Source: Antechinus flavipes
Taxonomy: Eukaryota
Direction: 5' to 3'
Length of the DNA: 64,000 bases
Assembly (NCBI RefSeq): GCF_016432865.1
Contig: NC_067401.1
Coordinates: forward strand, 277,016,001 to 277,080,000
Both the position numbers and the translations under genes were made by a program. Position 1 is the stretch's first letter; each line of letters begins with the position of its first letter. Positions 37,891 to 50,250 of this stretch are shown piece by piece. Below the pieces are notes generated by a model, which was given only the letters and a program-made list of their open reading frames with translations, did no database searches and was not told the origin of the DNA.

Positions 37891-38499
37891 ATTATTATAA
37901 AGAAATTGTCTATTAAGAATGGAGGGGGAGGATAAGATGAAAGTTCTTCTGATTGGAGGGAAAAGATTATTTTTCACACAGGGAAATTATGCTGCTGACA
38001 AGGAAGTACATTTTGAATATCTACAAAATGATGATGACTCTTTGCAGAGGTCCTCGAAATGAGATAAAGTAACAGACTTCGTCTAAGATTCTGGAATGTC
38101 ATCTCTTTGCAGACATCAAAGAAATCTCTAGTTCTTTAAACAGGGAGACAGGAGAGAATCTGTTCTTAATTGTCTAGCAATCCTTTATTACTTAAATAGC
38201 CACCAAAGAAACTGCCTGTATTTTATACACTATTCATTTACATGTATATAGCTACAATAAAATATAATCTGTCTTAGGTTCAGTTAGAAATCTGGCTGTC
38301 ATCCCAGTAAAAGGCAAGTATATAAAATCTGAATTTCCTCATCTGCTCATTGAGTTACCTCTCCCTAACCTTGCCTGCATATTTTAATTTTAGTGTCAAC
38401 CTATTAGACTGTCATTGTATTTTCTGAATGGTCTACACCTTGTATATAATCATTAAAGTATAGATAACTCTGTTTTCCAAGGCTGAATACTCTTTCCTC

Positions 38500-38950
38500 A
38501 ATGGGAATATGAGTTTGGTTTTTTAATTCATTTTTTATTATAGACTTAATAACAAAAAAAAAAAAACAAATAACAAAAAAGAACAAGAAAGATGGTTATA
38601 GAAGAAACTGTGAACTCGAGGATATTTTAAAAATGTACATATATGTGCACACATGCATACACACAATAGCATGAATATGTAGAGATAGGAACAAAATTCT
38701 CCTATTTATTTTTATATTTCTTTTTGTGCTTTTAAAATTTTATTATTGGTGATTACTGGTGATTTGTTTTCTTCACTTATCTATCACTACCTACTAACTT
38801 AACACTTCCTATTTTTCATAGAAGTCCTCTGTTGTAACAAATATATATATAATCAAGTAAAGCAAATCATTTGTAATGCATATGTAAACCTCTACACCTC
38901 TTGTCAGTCTATAATCTCTCTACCAAGAAGTAAATGTTATATTTCATCAT
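38500..38950 (-). mobile_element. Old L1 3' UTR remnant, antisense
   Basis: gatggttatagaagaaactgtgaactc...agaagtcctctgttgtaacaaata...aagtaaagcaaatc. Confidence 0.5.
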
Positions 38951-39899
38951 TAGAAGATAGCTAATAGTCTTACTAGACTTTCTAATAGGAAATTGCCATT
39001 CTTTCCTTCCATGGAGGAACATAATACCAAAAAATCCTGAAGATCTATTCTTGTTCTGGAATCTTAAAATGCACTGTTCTAAAGGAGTGACAATCTACAC
39101 TTTTTTGTTTAGACTTCAGCTTTATATCCAGGGCCAACTCCCAGGAAATGTTCTTTGTTGTAGATTCCCAAGGCTTTTCTCATTTGGTCTCCAGGATCCT
39201 TTAGTTCTATAGCCTTCCACAACTGCTGGGACCCTGGGGAGTTGGACAGGGTGATCTCTGACGTCTTATATAGTTAAAAAAAATTATGATCTTTGTTGTC
39301 TTCACAACTCTGAGCACTTAACTGGTATTTCCAAGACTCATAGAAATGTTCTTATTGAGCCCTCTACTGGTGCTCTGGTGTCTTTTCAAAGGACAAATCC
39401 CCCTCTAATTAATTTGTTTCCAACACTCTAAAATTGTATTAAGAAAGCAAATATGTTCAACTCCCTACAATATTATACCTCTAGATCAGTAATTCTTCTT
39501 TTTCTTCTTCTTCTTCTTTTTTTTTTTTTTGTTTACATCATTTATTTACCATGAGAAATCAAAGCATATTAAGAGTTTAAATTGACTAGTCAGAGACTAG
39601 TCAAAAGTCTAGGGAGTCAGGAGACTTCAACTATGTGTGATTTTCCCTTAATAAAAACAATCATTTTTGTTGAGTTCTTTACTAGTTCAAAATTTGATAA
39701 ATTTTAATTTCATAATAGACTATGAATTACAATATTATAAATGTATGTATATATAGTGATATACACTTATGCACACATTTATGTACACACACACACACAT
39801 ATGTTCTTTTATTTGCAATAACATCACATCCAAAATTTCATGACATATCCTTTCAGAACCACTGCCCTAATTGCTCCCTCAGCTCCTGTTGCCTGAGGC

Positions 39900-40615
39900 A
39901 TCAGGACAAGTCAGTCAGAATAACTAGCATTTATTAAGCACTTACTATGTGTCAGACACTGTGTTAAATGCTGGGAATAAAAAAAAAAAAGATGAGACAA
40001 AACTATAATCCCCCATCTTTAAGGAGCTCACATTCTAATGAGAAAACAGCATGTAAATAATTAAATACTGATAAAATATATACTGAAGGAAGGTCATCAA
40101 CTGAATGGGGGGGGGGAGGTGGAGAACTGAAAGGCCTAATAAGGGGGGGGGGGATTTGTTCTCAATCTTGAAGTGAAAAAAGGTGCTAGTGAGGAGAAAG
40201 AAAATTTGAGGCTTATAAAAGAGCCAGTGCAAAGCAGTGGAAATAGGGCTGGTGGATACATTCGATAGTCATTCAGTGAATATTTAATAAGTTCCTGGCA
40301 CTGTGCTATGCACTAGGGATGCAAAAAGAGGCAAAAGCAGTCCCTCCCCTCAAGGAATTTTCAGTATCATGGGAATAGCTGGTGGTTCAGTACAGTTGAT
40401 TAGAGAATATGTAAAAGAACCAGGTCATAAAGAGCTTAAGTGCCAAAGAGAAGACTATATTTGATCTTGGAAGTTCCTGAGAGTCCTGGACTTTCCTGAG
40501 GAAAAGAAGGCAGACCTAAGCTTTAAGAAAAATCACTAAAGAAACTAAGTAATTTAGCCTGGGGACTTGAATCAGGGAGACCAATTAAAAGGTAATGGCA
40601 ATAATCTAGGTCAGT
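39900..40615 (-). mobile_element. L2 fragment with two long G runs
   Basis: ctagcatttattaagcacttactatgtgtcagacactgtgttaaatgctggg...aaggagctcacattctaatg; G10 at 40107-40116 and G11 at 40143-40153. Confidence 0.75.
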
Positions 40616-41240
40616 GCTACTTCCTTGCCTTGGGAATTGTGGTAGTGAGAGAGGGTTAGCTTTCTTACTCTCAAAGGACACTCTCTTAGTATGCTGCATT
40701 GTAGACTCCCTTCTGTCAATCCTGGTGGAGTCCCACCTTAGTTGTGCATCAAATTATTCTCCTTGTGTTTCTTCACACACATATATCATAAATAACTAAG
40801 GTCCTAGAATAACCTGACCTCTCTTTAACTATCATCTGCCTATGTTCTATATTCCCTCCAGGTATCTACTATAATCATTTGCTTGTTGCCCTGTTTCTAC
40901 CACCTAGGACAGTATATGCTAGAGCAGACTTTGAGAAACCATGCCCCCAGTTCCAGTCATTGGAAAATTAGCCTACTCAGCTTTGAGTCCCACTCTGGAA
41001 CTTGACTGTACCTGAGTAAGTGCTAATTTACCTAGTTCAATATATTTCGGTAACTCCAGACCAGAGAATGTTTTGCATTTTACCTAGTCATCTCCTTGTA
41101 CATTTTTGCTATTGACTCTGCCACCATGCACTATTGCTTTCTGGTTAGAGAATCTAAATAGATTGCACTATTGATTAATTTACCATCTCTGTGAGTCTCT
41201 ACACTAGAATTTCTTTCCTTTTTCTGTATGTGTTGATCCT
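40616..41240 (+). mobile_element. Possible unclassified solo LTR
   Basis: About 600-bp non-SINE/LINE block abruptly ending an L2, with a TATA-like tatatg and a U5-like pyrimidine-rich end. No clear TSD or termini. Confidence 0.35.
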
Positions 41241-41500
41241 ATTAGAAACTTGTTCAGACATTTTTAGTTATGTCCAATTCTTCATCACCCTATTTGGGTT
41301 TTTCATCACAGAAATACTAGAATGATTTGCTATTTCCTTTTCCAGCTTATTTTACAGATGAGGAAACTGAGGCAAACAGATTAAGTGACTTGCCCAGGCT
41401 TATACAACTAATAAGTATCTGAAACCAAATTTAAATTCAGAAATATGAGTTTTCTTGATTCTAATCCTGGCATTCTATCCACCTTAGAATTATGCCACAA
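41240..41500 (-). mobile_element. MAR1-type CORE-SINE
   Basis: ttgttcagacatttttagttatgtccaattcttcatcacc...ttttacagatgaggaaactgaggcaaacagattaagtgacttgcccagg. Confidence 0.85.
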
Positions 41501-42581
41501 TTAGAATGTTAAGTGCTTTAAAGGCAGGCTCTGTCTCAGTTTTGTATTTATAGCATTAGCACTTAACACAGTACCTGGCAAATATTTACAATAAAAAAGC
41601 ATTCATATTTTTCTCATCCTGTGGCTCTCCACTTTTTCATAGCTAAAATCTTGGGGGGGGGGGAAGCTCTCATTTTCTTTCCCCTTAAAAGCATCTCTAT
41701 TTCTCAACTTCTGAAATAATTCTGTGTATACCACTCTCCTTCCAATTCAACCGGGTTCAAATTTTTAGTCTTTCTTTTGTCTTCATTCTCCCTTAATCTA
41801 TATATCTAATCCTTTTTAGAATTTTAAGAATCCCATTTCTCCTACATTTCTGTTACTTTCTCTTCTCTATATACAAATATTACCAACAATACTAATTTAG
41901 GCCTTAATTAATTACTATTTTTCTTTTTTTAAAGGTTAACTTTAATTTGAGGAGGCTACATCATAAAAAGTTAGTAATTAGATTGGAGATATGATAGACA
42001 CCACAAAAGCCATCCCTGACTATGGAAACAGTAAGAGAAAATGAAGCTCATATGCACCAGGGATATTAGGGCCAACTTTTAGCCCCATTTCACAGTCAAA
42101 AGCTTATATTTCTCCAATAGTTGCTATAATCTATTAATAAAATGTTTATAGACTTTAAGACAAATTGCTTAAGATTTAGATAGGTAACCCTCCCATATAA
42201 CACCATTTTATAGAAAGGTGATGAGCCATTATTAACTCCAGAAGACAGAATTTTCTTTAGAAATAAAAAGAGAGATTCATAAGTAAGGAATCTGCCCACT
42301 TGACTGCTAGCAAATTATAGTTCAGAAGACTTGTTCTACAAAGAAATGCTAAAATAGATCCTGCCCTCAAGAAATTCATATTCTAATGGAGGTTACACTA
42401 TAAAAAAACCGTATTTTTATACCAAATATATAGCAAGGAAAAGGTATTTCTCTGTGGGGAAAAAAATTTGGAGCTGGAGAAATTGAGAAAGACTTCCACA
42501 GAAGGTGGGATTTGAGCTGAATTTTAAAAGAAACCAAGAAAGTTAAATCTATACACACATGGCAAATCATTTAATCTCTTT

Positions 42582-42779
42582 GTGTAGCTCTCAAATCTTG
42601 GTCTCAGGACTCTTTTCACTCAAAAATTATTGAGAGGCTGAGAGACACTTGCTTTATATTTATTGATATTTGCCACATTAGAAATTAAAATATTTTAGTA
42701 TTATGATGAAAGTACTGGATCTCCCAAAAGGGTCTTGAAGCCCTGCAGTGATCCTGAAACACACTTTTAAGAACCACTG
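42582..42779 (+). mobile_element. hAT-Charlie non-autonomous DNA transposon (MER33-like), internally deleted
   Basis: tctcaaatcttggtctcaggactcttttcactcaaaaattattgag...tattgatattttgccacattagaaattaaaa...aaagggtcttg...cacttttaagaaccactg matches the recalled MER33/Charlie subterminal pattern. Confidence 0.65.
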
Positions 42780-44355
42780 TTCTAGACAGTTCTCTGAGTC
42801 TATAATTTGAAGAAAAGTTGTTCATATACCTTGGCAGAAGAAATCTCCTCATCAAAGCCTTTCCTGTGTCTCTGAACTCATAGATTCTTGTTTCTATTCC
42901 CTATGCAGAACAGGTCATCTTCTAAGCTCTAATGTGCCAGTAGTCGAGAGAGCAAACAGAATTCTGACTCATAATTTGCTCTAATTATCCCAGCATAGTC
43001 TTATCCCCTGAGCAGTTGATGAACAATCAATTTCTCACTGGATTCCTATGAAATGTTGCATGGCAAGGACTCAGGACTTTCCTATTCTTCAAGCAACTTG
43101 TATTTAAAGACTATGAGCATTTTAATAATAGACTGCAGTTGCTATTAGGGAAAACATGAGCTATTAAATGTGAGGTAGGGCTATAGGTTGACAGAGATGT
43201 CCCTAGAGTATATTAACTTAATTTTCTCTTACTTGTTTCCATAATTAGAAATAGCTCTATTATATTTGTTATATCCCAGTTCAATTACCTGATTTTTATA
43301 ATATAACCTCTTCAAATTAAAGTTAATCGTTATTAAACATGAAAATAATAATTAAAAAGTACCAGAAACAATAACTGTTCAAGACACATCATCAATGCAT
43401 GTTTGAGTTATTAGAATTGCAAGGTGAAATGTTCACTAGAGTGTGTCTTGTTAAGACAAATACATAGGTAGCAAAGTTAAGAACGCTAAGGCATGTGTTT
43501 GTGTAATTGTATTTGGAGAGAAAACTGTCAATGTAGCATTTAATGATGCTTCTGTGTATAACAAAAGCAGAAAGCACTTTTATTAGTTACAAACATGGAA
43601 ATAGCTTTGGGTCCTACTCATTTATGAGTATTACTCCTTGCCCCAATTTTGCATTTGAATTTCTATCAGATGAAAATTCCTTTTGTTTAAAACAAAACTA
43701 ACATCTGTCAATCAACAGGAATTCACTGAACAATATACGGGTTTGTCATATGCAAATGAGTTGCTATAGAGAATATGAAAATAGCATAAATATGCCTTGC
43801 CCTCAAGAAACTCATCTTTTAGTTGTACTAACATATATACATAAAAAGACATAATAAAAACTATAGTAAACAAGAATCCCCCAAGAATTGTGCTGACAGT
43901 TAAGTGCTATAAATGTTTAGAGAAAGAAAATATTAGTAGGGAAGAGAAATATTAGGTATTTGAACTTTAAAGGACAAATGGGATTTTGAAAGAAAGAGGA
44001 AAAAGGAAAACTATCCCAGGTTGGAGAGATGGCAAATATAAATATATATATATTTTAAACAATAAAATCAAATTAATATAATTTCTCCCTCAAAGGGTTT
44101 TTGGGGGGATGGACAGGAAAGGAGGATGCAAGAAGATAGAGGATATTCGAGTCATACTTGGTATTCAGATTCAAAGCAAGAATCCAAACCAAACTAAACT
44201 AACCAACCAAACAAACAATAAAAACAAAGACCATTTGGTATATTGCAGAGCTAATCACAGATATTAAGTAAGGGAAACTATGCCATGTGCTTGTCAATGT
44301 GGGCATGAGAAGGTTGATCTTATTGTGGCTCAGAAATAATATGTATAATAATAAT

Positions 44356-44982
44356 TGATGTAGTTTCTAAATTTGTTGAGCATTCGGCACAAATAATCTT
44401 GTGCCACAGTTCCCTTTTATTGTCCTGACTCAGTTTCCCTAATGGTCCTGCCTCAGTTTTCCTAATTGTTCTATCTCACTTTCCCCAATTGTTCTGCCTC
44501 AGTTTCCCTAAATTGTCCTGCCTCAGTTTCCCTCAACTGGTCTGCCTCAGTTTCCCTGTTGCAACCACCCTTTTTTGCTCATTAAAACTGAGATAATTAG
44601 GGCGATGGAGATCTGGCATTCCAAAAGATAAAACTCCAGATGTCCTATCTCAGATACCTAATTGGTTTCTCTAATGATGGTCTCCTTCCTGGAAATTCCC
44701 ACTTACCATAGTTTGGACTCCACCCCCACCCCCACCCCCACCCCCACCCCTTTCACCTACTGTCCCATTTCCTCCCCTCCCTATCCTTTGTTTAGCTACC
44801 TAAGCTTGAAATTAAGTGTGTGTCTCTATATTTCATGGGAACCTCACATTTACTGCTGGGTGCTTTGGACATCAGCCCTGGGGGGTAACATGCCCCCAAT
44901 ACAATCTTTCCCTCTTAGAAATCCAAATAAAATGTTAAAATCTCTCTAATCTCTATCTTGCCTCAGTTTCTCCAACATTACA
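44356..44982 (+). mobile_element. ERV solo LTR with U3 tandem repeats
   Basis: TG...ACA termini inside an (AAT)n run (ataat on both sides); six or seven ~23-bp tandem units at 44402-44557; AATAAA at 44926-44931; U5-like end. The 5' end could alternatively be 44359. Confidence 0.75.
44720..44750 (-). repeat. (TGGGGG)5 G-quadruplex-forming tract
   Basis: Plus strand reads ccacccccacccccacccccacccccacccc. Confidence 0.85.
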
Positions 44983-45404
44983 ATAATAATTAAAAATTAA
45001 GCATATTAATATCTGTAAGCACGATTATCTTTTCATTATTTGATATTCTAATCATTCTTAATAACATACTTAATTCTAATTTTAACATTTTATGCATAGA
45101 AATACAAGTTCCTATTTTGTCATTAGAGGCAGCATATAAAAGAGGATTACATATCAAACCTTGGAGTCAGGAGAATCTGGGTTGAAATCTTGACATTTAT
45201 TAGCTATGTAAACATCTCAACTTGGCTAGGGCTGAAGTGGATAGAGCACAAAATTTAGAGGTCTTAAGTTTAAATTCTGCTTCAGTTACTTATTAACTGT
45301 GTAACTCTAAGCAAATAACTTAAGCTCTTTGATCTCAGTTTCCTCATCTGAAAAATGGGGATGGTAATAGTACCTTGCAGGGTTGTTGGGAGAATCAATT
45401 GAGT

Positions 45405-47060
45405 TAATCAATTTACTAGTAAACATTAATTACTAGATGCCTATTATGTTCCAGGCATAGTAGCTTCACTACTTAACACAATTTGGCTATGCTAAATGCT
45501 AAAAATTCAAGAAAAGGCAAAAGATAGTTCCTGCCCTCAAGGAATTTAAAATCTAATGAAGAGACAATATGCAACCAAATTAAGTTAACTATATACAAGA
45601 TAAATAGGAAATAATTAACAGAGAGAAGGGACTGTTATTAAAAGGGATTAGCGAGGACTTTCTGGAAAGTGAAATTTTAATTTGGATTTAAAGAAAGCCA
45701 GGAAAATCAGTAATTGGAAGAGAGGAAGGAGAACATTTCAACTAGAGAAAATGCCAGAAATTGAAAGGTGAAGTGTCTTATTTGTGGAATAGCCAAGAAG
45801 CCAATGTGACAGGATTAAAGAATATATATCAAGGTTAAGATAGAAGAGGACTACATTAGGAAGAGCCTTAAATGCTAAACACATCTGGAAGCAATAGGAA
45901 GTCAGTAAAGTATCTTGGATTGGGGATTGTACATGAACTTTTAAGAAAATCACTTCAATTGTTGAATGGAAGATAGATTGGAGTGGTGGGAGACTTGAGA
46001 CATGCAGACTTCTGCAGGCTATTTATCAAATTAAGGCAAGATGTGATAAGAAAATATACTAGAGTAATAGCAGTAATAGAGGAAAGAAGGAGGAATATAA
46101 AAGAGATGTTACAAAAGGAAAATCAACAGGTCCTCCCCACAGGGGAGGGATTTAGGGGATAGTGAAGAATCTAGGATGATTCCTACATTGTAAGTCTGAG
46201 GGATTGGAAGGATAATTTGCCCTCTATACCAACAGGGAAGGGAGGAGGTAGGGAGGGTTTAAGAGGAAAAGGTGATGAGTTCCATTTTGGACATATTGAA
46301 TTTAAGATATTTATTGTTTGAAATATCTGAAATTGAGATATGAGATTAGAGATCAGCAGAGAAATTGGGTCAGGGGAAGTAAATATGAGAATTGTTAGTA
46401 TAGAGATATTGAAATCTAGTGGAGCTGTTGAAATCCTAAAGTGAAATATTGTAGCTAGGGAAATGAAGAAGACCTAGGATAAACTCCTAAGGGACAAATA
46501 CAATTAGAGGATGAGGTCTTGAAAAGGATCCAGCAAAGAAGACAGAGAAGGAATGATAAGGTAGTTGGAGGAGACACAATAGGAAGCATTATCTGAAAGC
46601 CTAGCAAGAAGAGAGTATTAAGAGTGAGTGATCATAGGTGTCAAAGGCTGGAGAGAGGTCAAAGGGAAGGAAAATCAAGGAGAAGCCATTGGATTTGGCA
46701 ATTAAGAGATATTTCAGGGGAATGATAAACCAGAGGGTACGAGATTAAGATGAGAGCAAGAAGGCAACCATGGTAGATAGTCCTTTTGAGGAGTATAGCT
46801 TCAAAGGACAAAAGAAATATAGGCTAATAATTAATGAAGCTGGTAGGATCAAGTAAAAGCATTATGTTTGTGCTTTCCAGGTTGAAAAAGACATGAGCAT
46901 TAGGCAATAATAAATGTGCCAGTGACCATGGACAGATTAAAACTAAATGCAAGAGTGGAACTTATAGGAGTAATCTTTTGGAGGAAAAGGAATGAAATGG
47001 AGTCACTTGAACAAGTAGAGTTGGTAGCTTAGGTAAGGTGTCATATGAAACAAGGGCAAT
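45405..47060 (-). mobile_element. Long L2 fragment (about 1.65 kb)
   Basis: Continuous antisense L2 pattern from cctattatgttccaggcatag...cctgccctcaaggaatttaaaatctaatg through gagttccattttggacatattgaattt to gtcacttgaacaagtagag. Confidence 0.8.
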
Positions 47061-47613
47061 GGATCTCTATAATTCGTGATGGATGTGATAGGTTTTTGAA
47101 TCTTTCTGTGATTGTTAAACTGTTACGAAAAATAACATGCCCTGTAGTATGGTATAATGGATAGAAGCCAATGGATAAAGGGCTACTCTTTAAGTCAGGA
47201 AAACCTGGATTCAAATCCTGCTACACTTATTAGCTGTATGGCACCGAACAAATCATTTAACTTTTCTGATTTTCAGTTTTTTAATTTGTAAAATGAGTGA
47301 ATTGAACTAGTTAGCCCCCTAGGCTCCTTCTAATTTTAAAACTAATCATCTTACTGTGCTTGTCTGCTGTGAAAGAGTTTTTCCCCACTTCTTTATGAGG
47401 AGTATTGGGATTTTGGAAGGAAAGAAATACATGTTATTATTATGTTTCTCTATGTACCAAGCACTATACAAAACACTTTCTAAATGTTATCTCACTTGAT
47501 TCTCACAACAATCCTGGGAGGCAAATGCTGTTATTCCCATTTTACAACTGAGAAAAGTGAGGCAGACAAGTTAAGTGACTTACGTAGAGTAAGACATCGA
47601 GTAAGAGATTTGA

Positions 47614-47767
47614 ACTCAAATCTTCATGATTTCAGGCCTGGTATTCTAACGATTGTGTTATCTCAGTTGGTAAGGTTGAAACTAGATTTTACTCAAATCT
47701 TCATGATTTCAGGCCTGGTATTCTAACGATTGTGTTATCTCAGTTGGTAAGGTTGAAACTAGATTTT
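47614..47767. repeat. Perfect 77-bp tandem duplication (2 copies) at the end of a MIR
   Basis: 47614-47690 is identical to 47691-47767 by eye. Confidence 0.95.
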
Positions 47768-48721
47768 AGTAAATTATTTTTCATCACTCAAGTGACGTAA
47801 TATTGTTTTGTCTTTCTCTGAAGGATTTTTGAATTTTAATTCCCAGTCAACCAATAAACTTTTATTAAATATTTACTATGTCCCAGGCACTGTGCTAAGT
47901 CAATGTTAGAAAGATTTCTGCTTGAATAATTTATACAGTACTAGCAACAAGCAGTGAAGCAAAGTGACATGAGTAAAACAATACTGAATTTTGAGTAAAA
48001 TGACAAGGATTCCCATTGTAGCCCTGCTACTTTTGAGCTGTATGACAGTGGGCAAGTCACTTTTTCCCTTTAGCATATAAAATGAAAGGATTGAACTGAG
48101 TCATCTTCAGATTCTAAATTCTATGTTGCTATAATCTCAAAGCTGTCTACTTCCTTGATAAACACGAGCAAGACATTTGATTGGGCTATTGCCTATCTTG
48201 ACTTTATCAAGATTAACTATGTTTCCTCTAAAGCACTCCCCAAGTGATATATAATGTCTTTACAAGTTGACTTAAAAGCACATTGATTTGTCCCAAATTT
48301 TACAGTAAACCTGCAAAAAGTCCAGATGATCCTTCTTTAATTTTCCTAGGCAATGTGAAGTGAGGGGAGGAGGGTATGGGAGATTTTTGAGCATCAGTAT
48401 ACATAGGTTTGAGTCAGCAGTTCTGACACTCCATTTCTTACCCAGATCCACTTCTTTGGACATTTCCATCTTGCCCTAGAGGCTCTTCATTTTGTAAGAT
48501 CACATCAATCTTGAAACTTAGGCCCCATTAGTGTCCTCTGATTGGGAGATGGAAGAGTCCTATTTTCAAAACACCCAGACCAGCCATCTCTTCATTTCTG
48601 ACCCAGATGAAAGCCTTTGGACTTCATCCTTTCTCTCTTGCCTTAAAACCTGCTCTTTCCAGCTTCTTTTTGTCCGTTTTCCTTCTTCAAGTTTCTTGAA
48701 AGGAACCTTTGTCTTTTTTGT

Positions 48722-48867
48722 TATTGTTGTTGTTGTTGAGACAGTTGGGATTGTGACTTGCCCAGGGTTACACAGCTAGGAAATGTTAAGTGTCAGGACA
48801 CATTTGAACTCAGGTCCTCCTGATTTCATGGTTGGTGCTCTATCCACTCCACCACTTAGCTGCCCCT
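48722..48867 (-). mobile_element. WSINE1-type short CORE-SINE
   Basis: gtgacttgcccagggttacacagctaggaaatgttaagtgtc...tttgaactcaggtcctcctg...ctatccact...tagctgcccc; likely TSD ctttgt(c/a)ttttt at 48707-48718 and 48868-48879. Confidence 0.85.
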
Positions 48868-48935
48868 CTTTGTATTTTTTTTTTTTTTTTGCATCTCTAG
48901 TATTTAGCATGGTGCAGGGCATATAATAGATTCTT

Positions 48936-49300
48936 TTTTTTAGAATTTCAAGTTTAGTGTTTGACTGGGGTTTTTAATTTGTTCCTTTTCTAGCATTTTT
49001 AGTTGCAAACCCAATTCATTGACCTTCTCTTTCTCTATTTTATACAAATAGGCCTCTAGAGATATGAAATTTCCCCTTATTACCACTTTGGCTGCATCCC
49101 ATACATTTTGGTATGATGTCTCATTATTATCGTTTTCTTGGGTGAAGTTATTAATTATGTCTATGATTTGCTGTTTCACCCAATCATTCTTTAGTATGAG
49201 ATTATTTAGTTTCCAATTATTTTTTGGTCTACTTCCCCCTGGTTTTTTGTTGAATGTAATTTTCATTGCATCGTGGTCTGAAAAGGATGCATTTACTATT
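48936..49300 (-). mobile_element. Internal L1 ORF2 fragment (end of EN domain/linker) with its own 16-bp TSD
   Basis: ORF 48940-49266 (NNWKLNNLILKNDWVKQQII...ETSYQNVWDAAKVVIRG) is L1 ORF2; flanks catataatagattctt (48920-48935) and catatgatagattctt (49301-49316). Confidence 0.9.
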
Positions 49301-49740
49301 CATATGATAGATTCTTAATAAATATTTATTGATTTATACTTCCTATTTGTCTGACGGAAGAAAGTATTTTTTTTCTCTGACTCAGTTTCTTCATCTTTAA
49401 AATGGGAATAATAATACTCAAAATAACTTCATCAGTGGAATGTGAGAAAATAATTTTATAAACATAAATTTAGACTTTTGTCATTCCTTTTTCCAGTCTA
49501 GTATTCTATTCATATTAAATTTTATGGATATGACAGCATAAATCATAACAATAGTTTGTTTTCATTGTTAGTTATAGAAATGGTTGTAAGAAATGCAAAG
49601 AAAATGCTTTTTGTTTGATTTATTTTTACTAGACTTGCGATTTCATTGGTATAATTGAGACCCTGGTGAGGAACTCCTTTTACTAATAATGCAGGCTGGC
49701 ACCTCTCTGAAACTTATGGTATTGATAATTAATTGCCTAG

Positions 49741-49919
49741 AGTAGGATCATCAAATGCAGAGTCCCTATTTCCCAGATAGGCCAAAACCAGATTTAAATG
49801 TAACATTTAACAAAATAAATAGAAATGCAATAGAACATAATATTACTATCCAGTTTTTAAAATAAGTAGGCAGTCTTAAGAATCCTTATGCATGCATAAG
49901 GTGGGTTTGACATTACTTG
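49741..49919. mobile_element. hAT-type MITE remnant
   Basis: Degenerate TIR-like ends (atcatcaaa... / ...gtttgacattac) around ggccaaaaccagatttaaatgtaacatttaacaaaataaatagaaatgcaat. Confidence 0.45.
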
Positions 49920-50009
49920 AGATGGGACTCAAATTCAAAATCTTTCTGAAGGCAAGTTTAGCTTCACTATATTAGGTTATCCCTCATTCTTATGATATAC
50001 GATCAGTAA

Positions 50010-50250
50010 TTAAGGAGCACTGGATGGCACAGTGAATAAAGTATCAGGCTTGAAGTTTGAAAGACTCATTTTTCTGGGTCTAAATCTCACTTGACTCCCT
50101 GGCCAAATCATTTAACCCTACTTGCCTCAGTTTCCTCATCTGTAAAATGAACTGAAAAGGAAATGTCAAACTAGTACCTTTGCCAAGCACATCACAAAAG
50201 GGATCATAAAGTGTTGGATGTGATTGAAAAACGAGTGAACAAATGATCCT
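50010..50250 (+). mobile_element. MAR1-type CORE-SINE
   Basis: ggatggcacagtgaataaagta...cttgcctcagtttcctcatctgtaaaatgaactgaaaaggaaatgtcaaactagtacctttgccaag. Confidence 0.85.

Noticed and set aside
44402-44557. Regularly spaced ~23-bp repeats as a possible CRISPR array
   Set aside because: The units are tandem with no unique spacers, lie inside an LTR in a mammalian genome, and no cas genes are present.
49884-49901. Perfect palindromes: 18 bp here, 16 bp at 24433-24448 and 52022-52037
   Set aside because: A rough estimate for AT-rich 64 kb gives about 1-2 such palindromes by chance, and this one sits in a decayed MITE.
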